The position numbers and the translations under genes were made by a program. Of a DNA stretch of 64,000 bases, positions 19,170-31,270 are shown piece by piece. Source of the stretch: Pseudomonadota bacterium (GTDB taxonomy: Bacteria; UBA10199; 2-02-FULL-44-16; JAAZCA01); assembly GCA_016927275.1 (NCBI GenBank), contig JAFGMW010000030.1, positions 8,135-72,134 of the forward strand. Direction: 5' to 3'. The notes beneath the pieces were generated by a model that was not told where the DNA came from, made no database searches, and saw only the letters and a list, made by a program, of their open reading frames with translations. How positions within the stretch are numbered: position 1 is the stretch's first letter; each line of letters starts with the position of its first letter.

Positions 19170-19687
19170 CCGGGGACAGGTCGGACAAGGACTTCATCCA
19201 GATGAAGGTGACAGGGCTCACGATAGACCCCTTCACCAGCATGCCGATCATCATACTCAAGGACATGGAGGAGAAGTGCGCGCTGCCGATCTGGATCGGC
19301 CTCATAGAGGCCTCGGCCATCGCCACCGAGATCGAGCACATAGAGCTCTCGAGGCCCATGACTCACGACCTGCTCAAGAACGTCTTCGACGCGGTCGGCA
19401 TCAGCGTGATAAGGGTGGAGGTGAGCGACCTCGCCGACAACACCTTCTACGCGCGCCTCATCCTCACGCAGCAGGGGCGCGAGTTCGTGATGGACTCGAG
19501 GCCCTCCGACGCGATAGCGGTGGCGCTCCGGTCGGGCTCCCCGATCTTCGTGGCCAGGGGCGTGATCGACAAGTCCCGAAAGATCGACCTGGCCAAGGAG
19601 GGCGGTCAGGAGGACGCCAGGAAGCAGAAGTGGACCGAGATACTGGAGAACCTCTCTCCCGAAGACTTCGGAAAGTACAAGATGTAG
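19166..19687 (+). CDS. bifunctional nuclease (BFN/DUF151 family)
   Basis: 173-aa product with DUF151-like core (PIIILKDMEEKCALPIWIGLIEA...RPMTHDL). The start overlaps the miaB stop (ATGA). Confidence 0.65.
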   Translation: MTGDRSDKDFIQMKVTGLTIDPFTSMPIIILKDMEEKCALPIWIGLIEASAIATEIEHIELSRPMTHDLLKNVFDAVGISVIRVEVSDLADNTFYARLILTQQGREFVMDSRPSDAIAVALRSGSPIFVARGVIDKSRKIDLAKEGGQEDARKQKWTEILENLSPEDFGKYKM

Positions 19688-19699
19688 GCGGCCACCGAG

Positions 19700-20113
19700 A
19701 TGCTGAAGAGGACAATCAGACAACTGATACGGTGGGGGACGACGCTGGCCTGGGCGGCGGGCATACTCTATCTCTCCTTCATGCCGGGCCCCGGGATCGA
19801 GTTCTTCCCGCATCAGGACAAGGTCGCGCACTTCGCGATGTACGCGGGGCTCGCATTTCTGCTCGTCTGGTCTCTCAGGCTCACCGCTCTCCGGTTCCGT
19901 CCGTACGCCCCGCTTCTGGCGGCCGCCTTCGCTGCCGCATACGGGGCGCTCACCGAGGCGGGCCAGCTCTTCATAGCGAGCAGGAGCTCGGAGCCTGCCG
20001 ATTTCGTCGCCAACGCGATCGGGGCCGCGATCGGTGCGTGGTCCGGGATGCGGGCGGCGGCGGCGCTCGAGCGCCGCAGGGCGAGGAGTGGCGTGGCGGA
20101 GGGGGCGATATGA
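19700..20113 (+). CDS. VanZ-like family membrane protein
   Basis: 137-aa product with 4 TM segments and a pattern typical of VanZ-like proteins. Confidence 0.6.
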   Translation: MLKRTIRQLIRWGTTLAWAAGILYLSFMPGPGIEFFPHQDKVAHFAMYAGLAFLLVWSLRLTALRFRPYAPLLAAAFAAAYGALTEAGQLFIASRSSEPADFVANAIGAAIGAWSGMRAAAALERRRARSGVAEGAI

Positions 20114-20622
20114 TCGATTCATTCGGCGAAAAGACCCCGGCCGTGGACGTGTCGTGCTTCGTGGCCGACAGCGCCGCGGTGCTCGGCGACGTGATCATGG
20201 GGCCGCTGTCGAGCGTCTGGTTCGGGGCGGTGATCCGCGGGGACGTTGGCAGGATAAGCATCGGCCGCCGCTCGAACATACAGGACCTCTGCGTCCTCCA
20301 TGTGGAGCAGGGCGGGAGCCTCTCCGTGGGCGACGACGTGACGGTGGGACACAGGGCCATCCTCCACGGCTGTGCGGTCCGCGACAGGGTGCTCGTAGGC
20401 ATGGGCGCCGTGATAATGAACGGGGCCGAGCTCGGCGAGGGCTGCATCGTGGGCGCCGGCTCGGTGGTGACCGAGGGCCAGAGGGTCCCCCCGCGGTCGC
20501 TCGTCCTCGGCGTGCCCGCGCGCGTAGCGAGGGAGCTCACGGACGAGGAGGTGGCCGAAACAGCCGCCTCGGCCGACCGTTACTCGAGATACGCCTCCCA
20601 GTACATCGAGCAGGGGTTCTGA
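20110..20622 (+). CDS. gamma carbonic anhydrase family protein (hexapeptide repeat, YrdA/PaaY-like)
   Basis: Left-handed beta-helix hexapeptide repeats and HxxxxH metal-site histidines (VGHRAILHGCAV). ATG at 20110 is in frame with the long table ORF. Confidence 0.75.
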   Translation: MIDSFGEKTPAVDVSCFVADSAAVLGDVIMGPLSSVWFGAVIRGDVGRISIGRRSNIQDLCVLHVEQGGSLSVGDDVTVGHRAILHGCAVRDRVLVGMGAVIMNGAELGEGCIVGAGSVVTEGQRVPPRSLVLGVPARVARELTDEEVAETAASADRYSRYASQYIEQGF

Positions 20623-20637
20623 CGGGGCCATACCACT

Positions 20638-21636
20638 ATGCTATATCCCGATTTCAAGAGGTTCGTATCCGCCGAGGGGCTGCTCCGGGAGGGGGACCGC
20701 CTCCTCGTCGCGGTCTCGGGCGGCGTGGACTCCATGGTGATGATGGAGCTCCTCTCCAGGGTTGCCCGCGGCATGGACCTCCGCGCAAGGGTCGTGCATG
20801 TCAACCACATGCTCCGCGGCAGGGAGTCGATGCGGGACGAGAGGCACGTCGAGCGCGAGGCCCGTCGCCTGGGCTTCGAGTTCGCCTCAGCGAGGGCGAG
20901 GCCGCGCGCAGGGGAGAACCTGCAGGGCTCCGCGCGCTCTCTGCGCCTTCGCTTCTTCCGGAGGCAGGCGGAGGAGTTCAGGGCCTCGCGGGTGCTCCTC
21001 GCACACAACCGGGGCGACCAGGCGGAGACGGTCCTCATGCACATCGTCAGGGGCGCGGGGCTGGCCGGCCTGGCCGGGATGTCCCCGCTCTCCAGGGCGG
21101 ACGGCATTCTCATCGCGCGGCCGCTGCTCTTCGCGTCGAGGGGCGACATAGCGGCTTACGCGAAGAGGCGCGGCGTCGCCTTCCGCGAGGACCGCACCAA
21201 CCGCACGCTCAAGTACCGCCGCAACGAGGTGAGGCACAGCCTCATGCCCGCGCTCGAGCGCATGAACCCCAGGATAGAGGAGTCGCTCGCGGCCATGGCC
21301 GGGAGGCTGCGCGAGGACGAGAGGGCGCTCGACCTCGTCGCCAGGGCCTCGTTCAACGAGGCGCTCGCCTCCGCAGCCGACGGGCGGGTTCTGCTGCGGG
21401 CCGAGGACTTCGCCGCCATGCCGGAGGTGGTGAGGGCCCGCATGCTTATGATCGCGTGGCGGAGGGCGACAGGACGCGCCTCGGACCTCAACGGCGACCA
21501 GATCAGGAGGATGGACTCCATCGCAGCCTCCGGGAGAAGAACCGGCGAGTACAGGCTCAGGGCGCCCTGGGAGTTCCGGAAACGAGCGGGACTCATCGAG
21601 ATCAGCAGGGGAAGGGCCGGAAGGGCCCGGCGCTGA
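20638..21636 (+). CDS. tilS: tRNA(Ile)-lysidine synthetase TilS
   Basis: PP-loop SGGVDS near the N-terminus, with TilS-like downstream region. Confidence 0.8.
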   Translation: MLYPDFKRFVSAEGLLREGDRLLVAVSGGVDSMVMMELLSRVARGMDLRARVVHVNHMLRGRESMRDERHVEREARRLGFEFASARARPRAGENLQGSARSLRLRFFRRQAEEFRASRVLLAHNRGDQAETVLMHIVRGAGLAGLAGMSPLSRADGILIARPLLFASRGDIAAYAKRRGVAFREDRTNRTLKYRRNEVRHSLMPALERMNPRIEESLAAMAGRLREDERALDLVARASFNEALASAADGRVLLRAEDFAAMPEVVRARMLMIAWRRATGRASDLNGDQIRRMDSIAASGRRTGEYRLRAPWEFRKRAGLIEISRGRAGRARR

Positions 21637-21700
21637 ATCGCCTTGTCTTGGAGCGCCCTCTCGGTTAAATTGCCCCACTCAACCCATTTCAGGAGGAAGT

Positions 21701-23649
<1,949 letters not shown>

Positions 23650-23653
<4 letters not shown>

Positions 23654-24471
23654 GGATAGGCAGATTCAATCTGGACGAGCGTTGCCCCGCGATCATGGGC
23701 ATCGTGAACGCGACCCCCGATTCGTTCTCAGACGGGGGTCGTTTTCTCGAGCCGTCGCGCGCAATCGCCCGGGCCCTCGAGCTCGAGTCGGAGGGCGCGG
23801 ACATCGTGGACATAGGCGGCGAATCGTCCCGCCCGGGCTCGGAGCCGGTCTCCGTCGACGAGGAGCTGCGAAGGGTGATCCCCGTGATCGAGGGGGTCAG
23901 GAGGAGGAGCTCGGTCCCGATCTCCATAGACACCACCAAGGCACGGGTTGCCGCCCGGGCACTCGACGCCGGGGCGGAGATGATAAACGACATCAGCGCC
24001 GCGCGCTTCGACCCCCGGATGCTCGGGCTGGCCGCCGACAGGGGAGTGCCGATAGCGCTCATGCACATGAAGGGCACGCCTCGCACCATGCAGGAGGCAC
24101 CCCGCTACGGCGACCTCATGGCCGAGATCGGCTCTTTCCTCGCCGACGCGATGGCCCGGGCCGAGGGAGCGGGCGTGGCACGGGACAGGCTCATCGTCGA
24201 CCCGGGCATCGGGTTCGGAAAGACCGTGGAGCACAATCTCACGATCATTGCGCACCTCGATGAACTGTCAGCGCTCAAGGCGCCGATCCTCATCGGCACA
24301 TCAAGAAAAGCGTTTATCGGCAAAGTATTAGACTTGGAAGTTGATGAAAGACTTGAAGGGACTCTTGCCACCCTTGCGATAGCGGTGGACAAGGGCGCCT
24401 CCATTTTGAGGGTCCACGACGTGAGCCCTGCGAGGCGATTTCTCGATATGTATGAGTCCCTGTCCGGATAG
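23650..24471 (+). CDS. folP: dihydropteroate synthase
   Basis: Pterin-binding domain ([15 protein letters not shown]...[12 protein letters not shown]). The start overlaps the ftsH stop. Confidence 0.85.
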
Positions 24472-24543
24472 ACGTATAAACTTGATATCTATATTCTTTT
24501 CCTGTAATCAGTCTCAACCCAAAAGCTCATGAAGCGAGGCTCG

Positions 24544-25926
24544 ATGAAAGATCCTGAGCGGAAGATCTTCGGCACCGACGGGGTCCGCGGCAAGGCCAAC
24601 ACGGCCCCCATGGACTCCGGGACCGCGCTCGCCCTCGGCAGGGCGGCAGCCATTCTCTTTGCCAGGGCGGGCCACAGGCAGAGGATCGTGGTCGGCAAGG
24701 ACACAAGGCTCTCCGGCTACATGATCGAGACCGCGCTGGCCTCAGGGATCTGCTCGGCGGGCGCCGACGTCTGGCTGGTGGGCCCGCTGCCCACGCCGGG
24801 CATCGCGTTCATAGCGCGCAGCATGCGCGCGGACGCGGGCGCGGTCATATCGGCCTCGCACAACCCCTTCGACGACAACGGCATCAAGTTCTTCGACAGC
24901 GACGGATTCAAGCTGCCCGACGAGCTGGAGCTCCGCATGGAGGAGACCGTCCTGCGCGGTGGTGGGGCGCCCGCCGGCCCCACTGGCGCATCGATAGGCA
25001 AGGCCCACCGCATAGATGACGCGGCCGGCCGCTACATCCAGTACCTCAAGGGGCATTTCCCGGGCGAGCTCACGCTGCTGGGGCTTCGGCTGGTGGTGGA
25101 CTGCGCCAACGGCGCGGGCTACAGGGTCGCCCCCACGGTGTTCCAGGAGCTGGGCGCCGAGGTCATAGAGATAGGCACCCGTCCGGACGGGCTCAACATC
25201 AACCAGGGATGCGGCTCGCTGCACCCGGAGCGGATGTGCGGCCTGGTGCGCAGGATGAAGGCGAACGCGGGCATCGCGCTCGACGGCGACGCGGACCGCG
25301 TCATCATGTGCGACGAGAAGGGGAGCGTGGTCGACGGCGACGTCATCATGGCGCTGGCGGCCCTCGACCGCAAGCGGCGCGGAAAGCTCGCGCGCGACAC
25401 GCTGGTGGCAACAGTGATGAGCAACCTCGCCCTCGACCGCGTCATGAGGGAGCATGGCATAGAGGTCAGGCGCACGAAGGTAGGCGACCGCTACGTGATC
25501 GACGAGATGCGCGGCGGCGGCTTCAACCTGGGCGGCGAGCAGTCGGGCCACCTCATCTTCCTCGATCACAACACCACCGGCGACGGGATCATGGGCGCGC
25601 TCAACGTGCTCGCGATAATGCTCCGGGAGCAAAGGCCCCTGTCGGAGCTCGCGAAGATTTTCGAACCGTACCCGCAGGTGAGGGTGGACGTGAGGGTGCA
25701 GCGGAAGGTCGACTTCGGCCGGATACCCGCGCTCGCCACCGCCCTTGAGTCGTACCGCGGCGAGCTGGGCCGCGAGGGCAGGCTCCTCGTCCGCTACTCG
25801 GGCACGGAGGACATCGCCAGGGTGATGGTTGAGGGCAGCGACCGAGGGAGGATAAGGCTCATGGCGAACGAGCTCGCAGGGCTCATCGGCGAGCACCTCG
25901 GAGGCGAAGGGACGGTGCTCCCATGA
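24544..25926 (+). CDS. glmM: phosphoglucosamine mutase
   Basis: [11 protein letters not shown]-terminus and active-site ASHNP. The start is the second ATG; the first ATG at 24529 is also possible. Confidence 0.85.
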   Translation: MKDPERKIFGTDGVRGKANTAPMDSGTALALGRAAAILFARAGHRQRIVVGKDTRLSGYMIETALASGICSAGADVWLVGPLPTPGIAFIARSMRADAGAVISASHNPFDDNGIKFFDSDGFKLPDELELRMEETVLRGGGAPAGPTGASIGKAHRIDDAAGRYIQYLKGHFPGELTLLGLRLVVDCANGAGYRVAPTVFQELGAEVIEIGTRPDGLNINQGCGSLHPERMCGLVRRMKANAGIALDGDADRVIMCDEKGSVVDGDVIMALAALDRKRRGKLARDTLVATVMSNLALDRVMREHGIEVRRTKVGDRYVIDEMRGGGFNLGGEQSGHLIFLDHNTTGDGIMGALNVLAIMLREQRPLSELAKIFEPYPQVRVDVRVQRKVDFGRIPALATALESYRGELGREGRLLVRYSGTEDIARVMVEGSDRGRIRLMANELAGLIGEHLGGEGTVLP

Positions 25927-26642
25927 TCCGCCTCGGGGTCAACGTCGACCACGTCGCGACCATAAGGCAGGCGCGCGGGACCGTCTACCCCGACCCGCTC
26001 GCTGCGGCGCTCGAAGCGACGGCGGGCGGCGCCGACCAGATCACCATACACCTGCGCGAGGACCGAAGGCACATCCGTGACGCGGACGTGGCCCGGATGA
26101 AGGCCGCGATCGCCGTGCCGCTCAACCTCGAGATGTCGGTGTCGGAGGAGATCGTCTCCATCGCCTGCAGGGAGAGGCCTGCGGCCGCGACGCTCGTGCC
26201 GGAGCGCAGGGCCGAGCTCACGACCGAGGGGGGGCTCGACGTGGCGGGAAAGATGGCCGAGGTGCGCGCGGCGATCCGGCGCCTCTTCGATGCCGGGATC
26301 GAGGTGAGCCTCTTCATCGACCCGGATCTGCGACAGGTCGAGGCGGCCGGCGAGGCGGGCGCGCGGCGCGTTGAGCTCCACACGGGGGCCTGCTGCGACG
26401 CGAAAGGCAGCTCGGCCGCCGAAAGGGAGCTGGACAGGCTCGCGAGGGCGGCGGGCGCGGCGAAGGGCATGGGTTTCAGGCTCGCAGCCGGCCACGGGAT
26501 AAACTACGAGAACGCGGCCACGATCGCGCGCGCGCTGCCCGAGGTCGAGGAGTACAACATCGGCCACGCGATCGTCGCCCGCGCCCTGTTCGTGGGGATG
26601 AAAGAGGCCGTGAGGGAGATGAGACGACTGCTGAATCCGTGA
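25923..26642 (+). CDS. pdxJ: pyridoxine 5'-phosphate synthase
   Basis: Starts [16 protein letters not shown]. Length is PdxJ-typical. Confidence 0.85.
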   Translation: MIRLGVNVDHVATIRQARGTVYPDPLAAALEATAGGADQITIHLREDRRHIRDADVARMKAAIAVPLNLEMSVSEEIVSIACRERPAAATLVPERRAELTTEGGLDVAGKMAEVRAAIRRLFDAGIEVSLFIDPDLRQVEAAGEAGARRVELHTGACCDAKGSSAAERELDRLARAAGAAKGMGFRLAAGHGINYENAATIARALPEVEEYNIGHAIVARALFVGMKEAVREMRRLLNP

Positions 26643-26708
26643 CTGGCGACTTGTGACTTGCGTGCTGTCCCCACTCACAAGTCACGAGTTACGAGTCACG
26701 AGTTACGG
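26639..26708. repeat. inverted pair of heptamer repeat arrays between pdxJ and acpS
   Basis: Left arm gtgactggcgacttgtgacttgcgtg, 10-nt centre, right arm cacaagtcacgagttacgagtcacgagttacgg. Confidence 0.8.
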
Positions 26709-26714
26709 AGGTTT

Positions 26715-27089
26715 ATGATCATCGGAATCGGAGTCGATCTGGTGGACGTGAAGCGCTTCGAGTCCATCATCTACCGGTGGAGGGAGCGGTTCCTGCGCCG
26801 CGTCTTCACCGAGAATGAGATAAGGTACTGCAACACCAAGAAGCACCCGGCCCAGCGCTTCGCCACGCGGTTCGCCGCGAAGCAGGCATTCGTCAAGGCG
26901 CTCTTCCCCAAAGATCAGAAGGGGGTCCGCTTCGCAGACATCGAGATAGACCAGCAGGAGAACCGGCCGGTCATCAACCTGCACGGCGCTGTGGCGGAGC
27001 TGGCCAAGGGGCGCGATATAAAGAGGACTCACATCATGCTCTCCCACGACGGCGACTACGGCATCGCCAACGTCGTCCTTGAAGGATGA
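26715..27089 (+). CDS. acpS: holo-[acyl-carrier-protein] synthase
   Basis: IGIGVDLVDVKRFE N-terminus, about 125 aa. ATG lies after GGAGG. Confidence 0.85.
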   Translation: MIIGIGVDLVDVKRFESIIYRWRERFLRRVFTENEIRYCNTKKHPAQRFATRFAAKQAFVKALFPKDQKGVRFADIEIDQQENRPVINLHGAVAELAKGRDIKRTHIMLSHDGDYGIANVVLEG

Positions 27090-27976
27090 ACAGCACACTG
27101 TCACAGCTGACGATCGAGCCGGCCATGTTCGCCGGGCTGCTCGCACCGAGGGGGGCCGCGGCGCACAAGGGAACGTTCGGCCACGTCCTGATCTTCGCCG
27201 GCTCCGGCGGTCATCTCGGCGCGGGCTACCTCGCCGCGCTGGCGGCGCTAAGGGCCGGCTGCGGGCTCTGCACCCTCTGCCTCCCCGAGGGGGCGTTCGC
27301 GAGGTTCGACGCGCGCTACCCCGAGGTGATGTGCGACCCGATACCCGACGGCGGCGCGGGGTTCTTCACCCCGGAGGGGCTGGCTGCGGCGCACGGGCTC
27401 TGCGAGGGGAAGCAGGCGATGGCGATCGGGCCCGCGCTCGGCACGGCCGAAGGCACGGGGCAGTTCGTGAACAGGCTCCTTCTGGATTCGGAGCTCCCCG
27501 CCGTGGTGGATGCGGACGCCCTCAACGTGCTGGATCTGGACGCCCTCTCGCGCAGGGGATCGCCCTCGGTGCTCACTCCCCATCCGGGGGAGATGGCGGG
27601 GCTTCTTGGCTCGAGCGCGGATGAGGTCCAGGCGGACAGGACCGGCGCCGCCGCGAAACTTGCGAGGCAAACGCGCGCCTTCGTCGTGCTCAAGGGCCAC
27701 GGGACCGTGGTGGCCGCCCCCGACGGCAGGCTCGCGACAAACCCCACCGGCAACCCCGGCATGGCGTCGGCCGGCATGGGCGACGCGCTCACCGGGATCG
27801 TCGCATCGTTCATCGCGCAGGGGGCCGGCGCATGGGAGGCCTCGCTCGCCGCCGTTTACATCCACGGCCTTGCGGGCGACATCGCCGCGCGGGAGCTTGG
27901 CGAGGCCTCGGTGATCGCCTCCGACGTGATAGGGAGGCTCGGCGCAGCGATAAAAGAGATCGCCTATCGCATCTAA
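27086..27976 (+). CDS. nnrD: ADP-dependent NAD(P)H-hydrate dehydratase (YjeF C-terminal domain only)
   Basis: Carbohydrate-kinase-like motifs (GSGGHLGAGYLAA, GPALG, VVDADALN, GDALTG). It lacks the epimerase N-domain. Confidence 0.75.
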   Translation: MNSTLSQLTIEPAMFAGLLAPRGAAAHKGTFGHVLIFAGSGGHLGAGYLAALAALRAGCGLCTLCLPEGAFARFDARYPEVMCDPIPDGGAGFFTPEGLAAAHGLCEGKQAMAIGPALGTAEGTGQFVNRLLLDSELPAVVDADALNVLDLDALSRRGSPSVLTPHPGEMAGLLGSSADEVQADRTGAAAKLARQTRAFVVLKGHGTVVAAPDGRLATNPTGNPGMASAGMGDALTGIVASFIAQGAGAWEASLAAVYIHGLAGDIAARELGEASVIASDVIGRLGAAIKEIAYRI

Positions 27977-27978
27977 CG

Positions 27979-28029
27979 TGTCACGAGTTACATGTCACGA
28001 GTTACGAGTCACGAGTCACGAGTTACGAG
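27979..28029. repeat. heptamer tandem repeat array, about 7 units, between nnr and tsaE
   Basis: gtgtcacgagttacatgtcacgagttacgagtcacgagtcacgagttacgag. Confidence 0.85.
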
Positions 28030-28031
28030 CC

Positions 28032-28445
28032 ATGAGGAAGCTGACCAGATCGCCCGATGAGACATTCGCCCTGGCCGCGCAGTTCTCCCGACGACTCAAG
28101 CCGGGGGACGTTCTGGCGCTGGTGGGCGAGCTGGGCGCAGGCAAGACCCGCTTCGTGCAGGGGCTTGCAGCGGGGCTCGGGGTGCCGGAGGGGGTCTTCG
28201 TCCGCTCGCCGTCGTTCGCGCTGATAAACGAGTACAGGGGCGGGCGCATGCCTCTCTACCACTTCGACTTCTACCGGCTCACGCGCCCCTCGGAGCTCGC
28301 CGACCTCGGCGTGGAGGAGTACTTCTCCGGCGACGGCGCCACGGTCGTGGAGTGGGCGGACCGCTTCCCGGGCTCACTGCCCGAACGCGCGAGGACGATA
28401 TCGTTCGGCATAGTGGACGAAAATACGCGTGAGATCGTGTTCTGA
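28032..28445 (+). CDS. tsaE: tRNA threonylcarbamoyladenosine biosynthesis protein TsaE
   Basis: P-loop [10 protein letters not shown] and TsaE length. The start is chosen after the heptamer-repeat spacer. Confidence 0.8.
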   Translation: MRKLTRSPDETFALAAQFSRRLKPGDVLALVGELGAGKTRFVQGLAAGLGVPEGVFVRSPSFALINEYRGGRMPLYHFDFYRLTRPSELADLGVEEYFSGDGATVVEWADRFPGSLPERARTISFGIVDENTREIVF

Positions 28446-28465
28446 TCACAGGGGGAGGGAGGGCG

Positions 28466-29842
28466 ATGTTTGATCTGGCGGTGATAGGCGCGGGGCCGGG
28501 CGGATACGTGGCGGCGATACGGGCGTCCCGACTGGGCGCCAGGGTCCTGCTCATCGAGCGCGGCGAGCTGGGAGGGGTTTGCCTCAACCGCGGCTGCATA
28601 CCCACGAAGTCCATGATCGCCTCGTCCCACGCCCTTCGCACGATAAGGCATGCGGGGGAGATGGGCGTCGCGCTCGGCGGCGCGGCGCCGGCGATCGAGA
28701 TGAAGCGGGTCAGGGAACGCAAGGACGCCATCGTGGAGAAGCTGCGAGCCGGCATCGCCCAGCTGATCAAGTCGAACGGGATCGAGCTGGCGAAGGGGGA
28801 GGCGAGGATCGTCGGGAAGGGCGCTCTCTCCGTGGACGGCCGCGAGCTCGCGGCGAAGAACATCCTGATCGCCACCGGCTCCACCTGGATAGAGATACCT
28901 GGGCTCGCCCCGGACGGCGACCGGATCGTCACGACCGACGAGGCGCTCGACTGGACCGAGGTCCCCGCAACCCTTCTCATCGTGGGCGGCGGGGTGATCG
29001 GCTGCGAGTTCGGCTGCATGATGCGAAGCTTCGGCGCAAAGGTCGCCGTAGTCGAGGCCATGCCCTCCATCCTCCCCCAGGTGGAGGGGGCGATATCGAG
29101 GGTGCTCGCCAGGCAGATGAAGTCGGACGGGATAGAGATAATTGCGGGCACGACCGTGGAGTCGGTCGACACCTCGGGGGGCAGGGTGAAGGCGAGGCTC
29201 TCCAACGGGACCGAGAAGACGGTCGACAGGGTGCTGGTCGCTGTGGGCAGAAGGCCGCTCACGAAGGGGCTCGGCCTCGAGGTCGCCGGCATCGAGCTTG
29301 TCGAGCGAGGCGCCATCAGGGTCGACGCGAGATTCGAGACCACCTGCAAGGGCGTCTACGCGATCGGCGACGTGATCGGCGGAGCGATGCTCGCGCACGC
29401 GGCGAGCGCCGAGGGGATCGCGGCGGTCGAGAACATCTTCGGAGAGGGGGGGAGCTACGACGCCTCCACGGTGCCGTCGCCGATATTCACATGGCCTGAG
29501 ATCGGAGCGGTCGGGCTCACCTCTGAGGAGCTCAAGGCGCGCGGGACGGAGTTCCTCACGGGCCGCTTCCCATATTCGGCGAGCGGAAAGGCGATGTGCG
29601 ACGGCGAGCCCGACGGGCAGGCGATCGTCCACACCGACATGGACGGAAGGATACTCGGCGCCCACATAATAGGCAGGGACGCGACGCTGCTGGTCCCCGA
29701 GGCGGCGCTGGCCATGCGCAAGGGGATGAGCGTGGTGGATCTCGAGAAGACGATACACGCGCACCCCACGCTCTCGGAGGTCGTGGCCGAGGCGGCTGCC
29801 GACGTCTTCGGCCGCGCGATACACAAGGCGAGAAGGGTCTGA
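28466..29842 (+). CDS. lpdA: dihydrolipoyl dehydrogenase
   Basis: FAD-binding GAGPGG, redox-active [13 protein letters not shown], and C-terminal dimerisation HAHPT. Confidence 0.88.
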   Translation: MFDLAVIGAGPGGYVAAIRASRLGARVLLIERGELGGVCLNRGCIPTKSMIASSHALRTIRHAGEMGVALGGAAPAIEMKRVRERKDAIVEKLRAGIAQLIKSNGIELAKGEARIVGKGALSVDGRELAAKNILIATGSTWIEIPGLAPDGDRIVTTDEALDWTEVPATLLIVGGGVIGCEFGCMMRSFGAKVAVVEAMPSILPQVEGAISRVLARQMKSDGIEIIAGTTVESVDTSGGRVKARLSNGTEKTVDRVLVAVGRRPLTKGLGLEVAGIELVERGAIRVDARFETTCKGVYAIGDVIGGAMLAHAASAEGIAAVENIFGEGGSYDASTVPSPIFTWPEIGAVGLTSEELKARGTEFLTGRFPYSASGKAMCDGEPDGQAIVHTDMDGRILGAHIIGRDATLLVPEAALAMRKGMSVVDLEKTIHAHPTLSEVVAEAAADVFGRAIHKARRV

Positions 29843-29843
29843 G

Positions 29844-31064
29844 ATGCAGACGATAGTCCACAAGTACGGCGGTACGTCGGTGGCCGACCTCGAGCGCATA
29901 CGAGCGGTGGCGAGGAGGGTGGCCGGGGTCGCCCGCGGGGGCAGCCGTGTCGCCGTGGTCGTCTCCGCGCAGGCGGGCGAGACCGACCGCCTCATCAGGC
30001 TCGCGCACGAGATGGCCCGCGAGCCGCACGAGCGGGACATGGACCTGCTCGTCGCCACCGGCGAGCAGGCGAGCGTCGCGCTCCTCTCGCTGGCGCTTCG
30101 GGGCGAGGGGCAGGAGACCGAGACGTTCCTCGGATTTCAGGCCGGCATCTTCACCGACGGAAACCACGGCCGCGCGCGGATAGAGGGCATCGATCCGGCG
30201 GGCGTCCGCTCGGCGCTCGATCGGGGGGCCGTCGCCATAGTCGCCGGGTTCCAGGGTATCGCGCCCGACGGCCGCATCACGACCATAGGCCGAGGCGGCT
30301 CGGACACCTCGGCAGTCGCGCTCGCGGCAGCGCTCCGCGCGGACCGCTGCGAGATATTCACCGACGTCGAGGGGGTGGCCACAGCCGACCCGCGCATCTG
30401 CCCCGACGCGAAGCTCCTGCGCAGGATCACCTACGAGGAGATGATGGAGCTGGCCGACACCGGCGCGAAGGTCCTGCACACCAGGTGCGTCGAGCTCGCG
30501 GCCAGGTTCAAGGTCCCGCTGGTGGTGCGGTCGTCGTTCACAGAGGGAGAGGGCACGTGGGTGGTGCCCGAGGAGAGCGTGCTCGAGGGGACGGTGGTCT
30601 CCGGGATAAGCCTCACCACAGGGGAGGCCAAGGTCGCGATCAGGAAGGTGCCGGACAGGGTGGGTGTCACCGCGGCCATCTTCAAGCCGATCGCCCGCGC
30701 GGGGATAGACGTGGACCTCATACTGCAGAACGTCTCTGAGGACGGATTCACAGACCTCACCTTCACGGTCCCGAAGGCCGACCTCAGGCGCGCGATGCAG
30801 CTCGCGGAGCAGGCGGCCCGCGACGTGAAGGCCGGCCGCGTGGAGGCTGCCGGCGACATTGCGAAGGTCTCCGTGGTGGGGCTGGGGATGCGCAGCCACG
30901 CGGGCGTCGCGCACAGGATGTTCGAGGCCCTGGCCGCGGAGGGGATCGCGATCGAGATGATCGGCACCAGCGAGATCAAGGTCTCGATCGTGGTCGACAT
31001 CCGCGAGGCGGAGAGGGCGGTGAGGGTGCTTCACAAGGCGTTCGGCCTTGCAATCAGCTCTTGA
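29844..31064 (+). CDS. lysC: aspartate kinase
   Basis: KYGGTSV N-terminus, amino-acid kinase domain, and two C-terminal ACT domains. Confidence 0.85.
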   Translation: MQTIVHKYGGTSVADLERIRAVARRVAGVARGGSRVAVVVSAQAGETDRLIRLAHEMAREPHERDMDLLVATGEQASVALLSLALRGEGQETETFLGFQAGIFTDGNHGRARIEGIDPAGVRSALDRGAVAIVAGFQGIAPDGRITTIGRGGSDTSAVALAAALRADRCEIFTDVEGVATADPRICPDAKLLRRITYEEMMELADTGAKVLHTRCVELAARFKVPLVVRSSFTEGEGTWVVPEESVLEGTVVSGISLTTGEAKVAIRKVPDRVGVTAAIFKPIARAGIDVDLILQNVSEDGFTDLTFTVPKADLRRAMQLAEQAARDVKAGRVEAAGDIAKVSVVGLGMRSHAGVAHRMFEALAAEGIAIEMIGTSEIKVSIVVDIREAERAVRVLHKAFGLAISS

Positions 31065-31069
31065 GAGCC

Positions 31070-31113
31070 TGTCGGATAAGTGCTAGGATTTGGCGTTAAA
31101 TTATGTCGGATAA
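31070..31113 (+). promoter_or_regulatory. duplicated TGTCGGATAA motif (candidate enhancer-binding-protein UAS)
   Basis: Two exact copies 34 bp apart, about 110-150 bp upstream of the sigma-54 promoter. Confidence 0.35.
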
Positions 31114-31221
31114 TTGACACATGGACCAGCCATATCACAATGAGAGCCAGATGGCGTTTATCAGTCAGAAATTAATCATTAAAAATCAACATATTGTAGA
31201 TCAACCTGTGTTGTGATTCTC

Positions 31222-31237
31222 TGGCACCCCGCTTGCA
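31222..31237 (+). promoter_or_regulatory. sigma-54 (-24/-12) promoter
   Basis: TGGCAC-cccgc-TTGCA, a perfect GG-N10-GC arrangement, about 35 nt upstream of the 31271 ATG. Confidence 0.6.
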
Positions 31238-31270
31238 CATTACTGACGGGGGCTTGAAAGCGAGGTTCTC

